DNA of 64,000 bases from a bacterium (GTDB lineage: Bacteria > Patescibacteriota > Minisyncoccia > UBA6257 > UBA9933): contig JAJYHZ010000001.1 of the NCBI GenBank assembly GCA_021796335.1, forward strand, positions 331,870 to 395,869, in the 5' to 3' direction. Below the pieces are notes generated by a model. The model did not search any database and had not been told where the DNA came from. It saw nothing but the letters and a program-made list of their open reading frames with translations. The translations under genes and the position numbers were made by a program. This document shows positions 57,624-64,000 of the stretch, piece by piece. Positions within the stretch are counted from its first letter, which is position 1; every line of letters begins with the position of its first letter.

Positions 57624-58436
57624 TTAATTTGTGAATAATTTATTTTTTAAATTTTTATCCAAATATTCAAACCTTTTTATTGATAAATCTAAATAATTTT
57701 TATTATTATCAATGCCGATAAATTTTCTGCCTAATAAATTTGCCATTATTCCGGTTGTTGAGCTTCCAGTAAAAGGATCAATGATCAAATCCCCTTGATT
57801 AGTGCTTGCCAATATAATTCTTTTTAGCAAATCTTCCGGTTTTTGTGTTGGATGTTTGCCAAATTTTTTTTCTATCGGCTTAGGCGTACCAATTGCCCAA
57901 ACAGATCTCATTTGCTTGTTTGGTTTTTTAATAAAATCTTCCGGCCAATTGCCGTTTTTCATTTTATCGTAATTAAAAGTATGTTTTGCTTTTTTATCTT
58001 TCCTCGCCCATATCAACGTTTCGTGGCTGGCAGTAAAAAATCTGCAACTTAAATTTGGCGAAGCGCTGGGCTTAAACCATGAAACATCATTGAGGATATG
58101 GAATTTAGAAACCTGCAAAGCAAAACCGCAAATATAAATTGAGTGGTAAGTTCCGCTAATCCAAATTGTGCCATGAGGTTTTAAAACTCTTTTACATTCT
58201 TGGATCCAGTCCAAATGAAAATCAAAATCTTTCTTCAATCCATTGCTTCGATCCCATTTGCCTTTATCAACGCTGACCATTTTCCCAGCATGCACCGTAA
58301 AGCCGCCGTTAGATAAAAAATAGGGCGGATCGGCAAAAATCATATCAACCGAATTTTCAGGAAGCGTTTTTAATAGTTCTAAGCTATCAGTATTGTATAA
58401 GGTAAAATCGCCTTTTTTATAATATGGCTTGTGCAT
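57624..58436 (-). CDS. Beta-class DNA N6-adenine/N4-cytosine methyltransferase (DPPY before FxGxG), cognate of the DpnII-like REase
   Basis: FADPPYF ... IIDPFTGSSTTG. Confidence 0.8.
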   Translation of the reverse strand: MHKPYYKKGDFTLYNTDSLELLKTLPENSVDMIFADPPYFLSNGGFTVHAGKMVSVDKGKWDRSNGLKKDFDFHLDWIQECKRVLKPHGTIWISGTYHSIYICGFALQVSKFHILNDVSWFKPSASPNLSCRFFTASHETLIWARKDKKAKHTFNYDKMKNGNWPEDFIKKPNKQMRSVWAIGTPKPIEKKFGKHPTQKPEDLLKRIILASTNQGDLIIDPFTGSSTTGIMANLLGRKFIGIDNNKNYLDLSIKRFEYLDKNLKNKLFTN

Positions 58437-58438
58437 AA

Positions 58439-59392
58439 TTATTTATTTAAATTGTAGCTTTGTTTAACAAGCGCGAAAATAGCGTCGGTATCTTTTGTGT
58501 TTTCAAATTTGATTTCATAATCGCCATTACCCCAATGTCCGATTATTTTAGGTTTTGTTAAATCACGAGCAAGCTTTTTCGGATCATTTAATTGTCCACT
58601 TTTTACATTAAGAAATATTTTTAAGCCATATTGTTTAATGACAATATCAACAAAATTAGTTGAGGTTTTATAGGCAATATATTTTGCCTTTGCTTCTTCA
58701 ATAATATTTTGATCAAGGGAAAGTATGCGCTCTCTTAAATCTTGAAATAATTTTAAAGTTTCTTTTTTTATTCCAGACAAATGATCATCCACTGAATAAA
58801 TTTTTTGCAGTTGCCCCTCTTTTGATTTCTGCGTCTTGCCCTTTTTTATAATTCCAGCTGTTGAAATTTTAATTTTTTGATAATTTTCTGGCTCAACATA
58901 CAAAATATTTTCGTTATAAATACGATAACGCAAAAGTTCAATATTTATTGGTAAAATATCCGCTGTATCAAGATCAAATTTATTATAAGATTCAGCTATG
59001 CAAATAACGCGAGGAGAATCCCAGTCAATATCTATATTAATTTTTTTATTTTGGCAAAGCAATTTAAAATCTGCTTTATGATCTAAAAGCCAACGCAAAT
59101 AAGACAATCCTTGATTTATAACATTATCATTTTGATTTTTCTTATATTCGATAATGCAAGGTGATCCATTTTTATCTATTCCCAAAGTATCCATTCTTCC
59201 ACCCCAACCCGTCGAATATTCATGAGCAAGAAAATTTATATTCAAAATTTCTTCCAAATTATTTTCAAACAATTCTTGCAAGTTTTTTTCTAAATCTAAC
59301 TCTTTTGCAGTTAATTTCTTAACAATTAAGTTGTTTATTTTAAATAAGGCCATAGCTCTAATTGTTGATAATTTTACGCCAATTTTAGCCAA
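58439..59392 (-). CDS. PD-(D/E)XK nuclease-superfamily-like protein (N-terminal Hjc/NucS-like D...EYK motif) with uncharacterised C-terminal domain; first gene of the R-M 2 operon
   Basis: GWGGRMDTLGIDKNGSPCIIEYKK; 3-bp spacing to the MTase. Confidence 0.4.
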   Translation of the reverse strand: MAKIGVKLSTIRAMALFKINNLIVKKLTAKELDLEKNLQELFENNLEEILNINFLAHEYSTGWGGRMDTLGIDKNGSPCIIEYKKNQNDNVINQGLSYLRWLLDHKADFKLLCQNKKINIDIDWDSPRVICIAESYNKFDLDTADILPINIELLRYRIYNENILYVEPENYQKIKISTAGIIKKGKTQKSKEGQLQKIYSVDDHLSGIKKETLKLFQDLRERILSLDQNIIEEAKAKYIAYKTSTNFVDIVIKQYGLKIFLNVKSGQLNDPKKLARDLTKPKIIGHWGNGDYEIKFENTKDTDAIFALVKQSYNLNK

Positions 59393-59508
59393 TAAACAAC
59401 ATCATTTCACGAGTCAAACTTGACTCGCAAACAATGCTACAAACTCTCAAAATAAGCCTATTGCGCTATTTTCAGCAAAGTAATAATATCGTCGTAATAA
59501 CAAACTTT

Positions 59509-61248
59509 ATGGACACCGAAACCAAGCTCAAATACATCTCCTACACCCGAAAAAGCACTGAAAGCGAGGACAGGCAGATTTTATCGTTAGATGATCAAGA
59601 AAAAGAATTGAAGGTTATTGAAAAACGCAATAATTTGAATATCGTCCAAAGATTTGCCGGAACTTCCAACGGCGAAAGCCAATCCGCCCATAAAAGAGGC
59701 AGGCCGATATTTAATTTCATAATGGGTCAGATCGATAAAGGCAAAGCCAACGCTTTATTAGTTTGGCATCCCAACAGATTAGCCAGAAACGCTTATGACG
59801 GAGGTTTGATTATAACTTTAATGGATGAAAATAAGTTAATTGAAGTAAAAACCGCCCATAGGACTTATTCCAATACTCCGGAGGATAAATTTATGCTCCA
59901 ATTGGAATTCGGCATGGCCAAGAAATCATCGGACGACAACAGCGTTGCCGTAAAAAGAGGGTTAAAAACAAAACTGGAAATGGGTTGGTATCCCAGTAGA
60001 GCGCCGTTAGGATATTTGAATTCAATAACCAAAGAAAAAGGATCAAATGAAATAATCAAAGATCCTGAAAGGTTTGAATTAATAAAAAGAATGTGGCAAA
60101 TGATGATTACAGGAAATTATACTCCGCCTCAAATATTACAAATTGCCAACAAGGAATGGAATTTGAAAACCAGACCGACCAAGAAATACGCAGGGCTAAA
60201 ATCTTTATCCCGAAGCGCGATTTATAAAATCTTCACTAATCCTTTTTATTACGGATTTTTTGAGTATCACAATAATTTATACAAAGGCAATCACGAACCA
60301 ATGATAACCGAGGAGGAATTTGACCGCGTGCAAAAATTCTTAGGCAGACGAGGAAATCCCAGAGCCATAACAAAACGTTTCGCTTTTACCGGATTAATGA
60401 AATGCGGAAATTGCGGAGCCATGATAACCGCCGAGGAGAAAACCAAAAGGCAAAAGAACGGCAATGTCCACCATTATGTTTATTACAGGTGTACCAAAAG
60501 AAAAGACGAACATTGCCCTGAAAAAGCTATAAGGTTAGACGAATTAAATAATCAAATAAACCAGATAATCAACGCCTTAACAATCTCTGACGAATTCAGA
60601 AATTGGGCCATTAAATACCTGCACGAAATAAGAAAAACCCAAGCTAAGGCTAATGAAAAAGGAATTGAAAACAAGCAAAAGGAATTAACCAGAATTATAA
60701 AGCAATTAGACAGCCTTTTACTCAAATACACGGCTCCGGAAAATTCAGACGGAAATCTTATCTCAAGCGACGAATATCAAGCTCTCAAAACCCGCCTTAT
60801 TAAGCAAAAATTAGCCCTTGAAAGCGATTTAACGGATCAAGGAAAGCAAATCAACGAATGGGTTGAATTAAGCGAAAGAACGTTCAATTTTGCCAGATAC
60901 GCGAGCATCCATTTCAACAACGGAGATATGGAAACCAAAAGAGCTATTTTCGCATGCTTAGGTTCTCACCTTATTATAAAAAATCAAAAACTGAGCATTG
61001 ATCTGCATCCAATGTTTGAAACTATTTTTGAAAATAAGAATAAAGCAGAAACTGAAATTATAAAGGTTATCACCTCTAAAATATCAGATAATATCGGGCA
61101 ATTTATGGAATTTTTGGTAAATTGTCCTTCGTTGCGGAGGCGGAAGGATTCGAACCTTCGAGAGGATTTCTCCCCTAACATCTTAGCAGGATGCTGCTTT
61201 AAACCACTCAGCCACGCCTCCACACTAATTGAGTTTAGGAAATATTAA
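59509..61248 (+). CDS. Large serine recombinase 2 (start MDTETKLKYISYTRKST...; C-terminal boundary uncertain because the ORF reads through the antisense tRNA-Ser)
   Basis: YTRKSTESEDRQ, LLVWHPNRLARN, zinc ribbon MKCGNCGAM...YYRCTKRKDEHC, C-terminal coiled coil; colinear with recombinase 1. Confidence 0.8.
   Translation: MDTETKLKYISYTRKSTESEDRQILSLDDQEKELKVIEKRNNLNIVQRFAGTSNGESQSAHKRGRPIFNFIMGQIDKGKANALLVWHPNRLARNAYDGGLIITLMDENKLIEVKTAHRTYSNTPEDKFMLQLEFGMAKKSSDDNSVAVKRGLKTKLEMGWYPSRAPLGYLNSITKEKGSNEIIKDPERFELIKRMWQMMITGNYTPPQILQIANKEWNLKTRPTKKYAGLKSLSRSAIYKIFTNPFYYGFFEYHNNLYKGNHEPMITEEEFDRVQKFLGRRGNPRAITKRFAFTGLMKCGNCGAMITAEEKTKRQKNGNVHHYVYYRCTKRKDEHCPEKAIRLDELNNQINQIINALTISDEFRNWAIKYLHEIRKTQAKANEKGIENKQKELTRIIKQLDSLLLKYTAPENSDGNLISSDEYQALKTRLIKQKLALESDLTDQGKQINEWVELSERTFNFARYASIHFNNGDMETKRAIFACLGSHLIIKNQKLSIDLHPMFETIFENKNKAETEIIKVITSKISDNIGQFMEFLVNCPSLRRRKDSNLREDFSPNILAGCCFKPLSHASTLIEFRKY
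61016..61137 (+). repeat. Direct repeat R1b (122 bp; partner of R1a), the 3' end of recombinase 2, abutting the tRNA-Ser 3' end
   Basis: See R1a. Confidence 0.7.
61135..61221 (-). tRNA. tRNA-Ser (anticodon GCU), long variable arm
   Basis: Hand fold: acceptor GGAGGCG/CGCCUCC, D-stem GCU/AGC, anticodon stem GCAUC/GAUGU with loop CUGCUAA, variable arm AGGGGA-GAAA-UCCUCU, T-arm GAAGG-UUCGAAU-CCUUC, discriminator G. Confidence 0.7.
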
Positions 61249-61495
61249 AAGTATCTTCAAGCCTTCTCTTTAATTGCCCTAAAGCTCTCGCGTTCAGTTT
61301 TAAATTATGTTCTCGTTTTCTCGCGTCATTTTCAGAAAGATAGGCTTCATAATAAATTAATTTAAACGGTATTCTTGATTTTGTAGAAATTGATCTCCCT
61401 GAATTATGCTCTCCAATTCTTCTCCGTAAATTATCAGTGGAACCAATATAAAAGTCATTATCTTTTAAGCTTTTTAGAATATAAACAAAGAACAT
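61235..61495 (-). CDS. Small GIY-YIG nuclease-domain protein (COG2827/YhbQ-like)
   Basis: FFVYILKSLKDNDFYIGSTDNLRRRIGEHN + conserved E...N; flanked by 17-bp inverted repeats AAACTCAATTAGTGTGG (61218-61234 rc / 61503-61519). Confidence 0.65.
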   Translation of the reverse strand: MFFVYILKSLKDNDFYIGSTDNLRRRIGEHNSGRSISTKSRIPFKLIYYEAYLSENDARKREHNLKLNARALGQLKRRLEDTFNIS

Positions 61496-61831
61496 ATTAA
61501 AAACTCAATTAGTGTGGGGGCACGCCTCCAGTAGAGCTAAAATTAGCACAAATTTAATGTTTTATCAATTTAATTGATAGACTATGGAGTAAATAAATTG
61601 ACATTGACAACAATATCTAAAATTGTTTATTAAAAGTTAGGCTCATTCGAGCAACGCACATTTATTTTTAAATATGGAGGGTTTATAAAATACCTATATC
61701 AAATCGGCGACTATATTTATTGCCTTGCATAAATGGGGACGTACGGAAAATTGACCGTACCGAGACTTTTAACGACTACATTCGCACTCAGATTGATTAT
61801 CAACCGAGAGTGCTAACCTTTTAAGGAGGAG

Positions 61832-63010
61832 ATGATGAGAAAATCGCGTTTGCCCCAAGGAGGCGAAAACATCTTTCAGAAAATCAAAAGAATTTCCGCG
61901 GAAGCCGAAGCCAAGGGCGTGAAGATTTACCGCCTGTCCATTGGTCAGCCCAAAGGCCCGGCCATCGAGAGTGCAAGAAAAGCGGCTTCATTGGCCATAC
62001 TGTCAGATGAAGAGCGAATGCACGAATATCAGGACAATGGTTCGCCCGGCTGTCCCGACTTCGCGAAAAAATTCGTGCAGGCACATATATCATCAGTATC
62101 GCTTGACGGTGCTGATGTGGCTTACTTGCCGATCCCCGGCATTAAGCCGATGCTCCCTCAGGTAATAATGGCATGCGGTAAAAACGTAATAGTCGCGGGA
62201 ATGACCAGACCCGGCTATCCGGTTCCCGAAACATGGGCAAACTACCTTGACCAGATCTACATCCCCTTATCGACCAATCCGGATAACTATTTTCTTTGTC
62301 ACTCAGACGAATTGTCGAGTGGCAGCGTTGATTTAGTCATGTGCAATTACCCGCACAATCCAAGCGGGCAAATTGCAACACGGGAATTCTGGGAAAACTT
62401 TTGCGAAATATGCGTTGAAACCAACACGCGGCTTTTTAACGATGCCGCATATGCCATGCTGGCACATTCGCCTAAGGCCTGTACACTGGCTGAAGTTGCC
62501 ATAAAATTTCCTTTATCCTGGGCCGAAGCATATTCGGCCTCAAAAGTAATCGGAAATGGCACTGGCTGGCGCATAGCAGCTATGGTCGGTTCTCCGGATT
62601 TTATCGGAGACATTGCCACTATTAAAGGCAACACCGACAGCGGCTTCAATGCCGCGCTCGCCAACGGCGTTTTGACTGCCGTAGAAAAAGACAAGGCAAC
62701 AATCGACTCCATCCGCGAGACCTATGCTGCAAGGCTATCCTGGCTTAACACCGTGTTAGGCAGCTATGGCATGAAACTTGCCGTGGAGCCAAGCGCCGGA
62801 TTCTTCAGTTTGTTTATGGTTCCCCGGAAAGCTTTTGGTCAGTCCATAAAAGATGCCGAACAATTCAATACCTTGATGATACAGAACACCGGAATAGTTG
62901 GTGTTCATTTTAGGGAGTACATCAGGTATTCGGTCACCGCGCCGCTCGAAAATATCGAGTGGCAGGAAACAATCCATGAAGGGTTCAAAAAAGCAAACGT
63001 TTCGTATTAA
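61832..63010 (+). CDS. LL-diaminopimelate aminotransferase (DapL)-like class I aminotransferase; GC-elevated gene
   Basis: IYRLSIGQP (DapL IGD..P-like), NYPHNPSG, SASKVIGNGTGWRIA; strong RBS AAGGAGGAG; local GC ~50%. Confidence 0.65.
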   Translation: MMRKSRLPQGGENIFQKIKRISAEAEAKGVKIYRLSIGQPKGPAIESARKAASLAILSDEERMHEYQDNGSPGCPDFAKKFVQAHISSVSLDGADVAYLPIPGIKPMLPQVIMACGKNVIVAGMTRPGYPVPETWANYLDQIYIPLSTNPDNYFLCHSDELSSGSVDLVMCNYPHNPSGQIATREFWENFCEICVETNTRLFNDAAYAMLAHSPKACTLAEVAIKFPLSWAEAYSASKVIGNGTGWRIAAMVGSPDFIGDIATIKGNTDSGFNAALANGVLTAVEKDKATIDSIRETYAARLSWLNTVLGSYGMKLAVEPSAGFFSLFMVPRKAFGQSIKDAEQFNTLMIQNTGIVGVHFREYIRYSVTAPLENIEWQETIHEGFKKANVSY

Positions 63011-63028
63011 CCCTCGAACAAAACTTAA

Positions 63029-63058
63029 AACCCCCCGGCTTACCGGGGGTTATTTTTT
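63029..63058 (+). terminator. Rho-independent terminator (AACCCCCCGG-CUUA-CCGGGGGUU + U6)
   Basis: 9-bp GC stem + TATTTTTT. Confidence 0.7.
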
Positions 63059-63135
63059 AATTTCTAAAATTTGCTCAAAAATAAATCCCCTCTTGCGAAG
63101 GGATTTCCTTAAAAATTCAGGGAGTAATTAATTTC

Positions 63136-63366
63136 TTATTTTATTATTGCGCCGATGCACATCATTCCATCGCAAGGATTGCGCGAAGTTACATATAATG
63201 CGAACTCTTTGGCTTCGCGCTTATCGGTGATGATATGCGAACTCCTTGTCATCACCATGCATCCTTTGCAATCGGCTGCGCACTCTACGATTTTCTCTGT
63301 TGTCTCCGGAGCTTCCATCATGGTTATCACCGTAATGGTTGCTCCGTTTTTACTTCTGTTCATCAA
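63136..63366 (-). CDS. Small Cys-rich protein (C-x3-C-x2-C ... C-x4-C)
   Basis: 76-aa ORF with 5 Cys; GC-elevated; function unknown. Confidence 0.35.
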   Translation of the reverse strand: MMNRSKNGATITVITMMEAPETTEKIVECAADCKGCMVMTRSSHIITDKREAKEFALYVTSRNPCDGMMCIGAIIK

Positions 63367-63485
63367 ACACTCCTCCTTTGACGTTTTTAATACGGGCTTT
63401 TAACCCGTTTTTTATAAAAATTAGCCTCCCAAAAATAAAGTAGCTTTTTTTATTATTTATTATTTTAACAAATTAGTCAAGAGTT

Positions 63486-63531
63486 AAAAATAAAAAATAT
63501 CAGAGGTGGCATCGTTAACGCTGCCACCTCT
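63486..63531 (-). terminator. Rho-independent terminator (AGAGGUGGCA...UGCCACCUCU + U-run) for the MoaD/ThiS-like gene
   Basis: 10-bp stem; T-rich tract on the minus strand. Confidence 0.6.
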
Positions 63532-63548
63532 TAAAAATCATCACATCC

Positions 63549-63836
63549 CTACCCGCCGGAAATAGCGGGAATAACGGAAATCTCATCGCCGTTATTCAAC
63601 TGAGTTTTATCACCGCCAAGGAATCGGTAATCATTTTCATTTATGAAAAAATTAATAAATTTATTAATTGATCCGTCTCCCTTGAAAAACCTTTCTTTTG
63701 CCTCCGGACGAAGTGCGACAAGCTCGTTAAGCGCATCCCGTAAAGTGAAATTTTCCGAATTTGTTTCGATTTTTATCTCACCTTCACCGAATAAACGCGA
63801 AAGAATTTGGCTGTTTAATAAAAAGGTGATTTTCAT
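63549..63836 (-). CDS. MoaD/ThiS-family ubiquitin-like sulfur-carrier protein (C-terminal GG)
   Basis: 95-aa beta-grasp-sized ORF ending ...VIPAISGG. Confidence 0.55.
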   Translation of the reverse strand: MKITFLLNSQILSRLFGEGEIKIETNSENFTLRDALNELVALRPEAKERFFKGDGSINKFINFFINENDYRFLGGDKTQLNNGDEISVIPAISGG

Positions 63837-64000
63837 TTTTCCTCCTTTTCAATCGTTATTGCGTTTTGAAAGTGCCCTTTATGTGAACCCTTTTCGGGGG
63901 TAATTTAAAAAACAAAAAATCGCCTTTCATAGACGACGTATCCAAAAAAATTTTGTATCTTTCCCAAATGGGATGGATTTCACACCTTTTCCGAATCGGA

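Larger units (their letters stand above)
48790..61221. mobile_element. Accessory/integrative island (~12.4 kb) adjacent to tRNA-Ser(GCU): recombinase remnant + R1 direct repeats, nested X/Y inverted repeats, 2 large serine recombinases, 2 type II R-M systems, LexA-like repressor, NTase-TM operon, orphan effectors
   Basis: Repeat architecture, recombinases, tRNA adjacency and compositional heterogeneity versus the flanking core genes. Confidence 0.65.

Noticed and set aside
61138-61248. C-terminal ~37 codons of the recombinase 2 ORF running through tRNA-Ser
   Set aside because: The ORF continues only because the antisense tRNA-Ser has no stop in that frame. The true C-terminus probably ends within or before R1b. 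Reported as uncertain rather than a fused or novel domain.
1-64000. CRISPR arrays, rRNA genes, prophage structural genes
   Set aside because: No regularly spaced direct repeats, no rRNA-like conserved stretches and no capsid, terminase or portal-like ORFs were seen anywhere in the window.

Overview
AT-rich (~35-40% GC), gene-dense bacterial chromosome segment read by eye. Most genes are short and on the minus strand. The housekeeping repertoire and many small secreted/membrane proteins are reminiscent of a small-genome Patescibacteria/CPR-like organism, but that is inference only. Positions 1-48,000 hold core and envelope genes: ftsEX, prfB, serS, dnaX, obg, lepA, tRNA-Thr and tRNA-Gln, plus three efflux/ABC clusters, three different P-type ATPases, a duplicated GT2-DedA gene pair and a cytochrome b5/NOX-like reductase pair. 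Positions 48,790-61,221 form a compositionally heterogeneous accessory island next to tRNA-Ser(GCU), bounded by imperfect 122-bp direct repeats. It carries two large serine recombinases and a remnant of a third. It also carries 213-bp (~99% identical) and 120-bp inverted-repeat pairs, two type II R-M systems, a LexA-like S24 repressor and two orphan candidate effectors. The most interesting part is a 3-bp-spaced operon of a small TM protein and a cGAS/DncV-like (SMODS/CD-NTase-like) nucleotidyltransferase, followed by a 255-bp GC-rich non-coding element. A GC-elevated block encoding a DapL-like aminotransferase follows the island. All calls come from reading translations and sequence by eye; no database searches were run.
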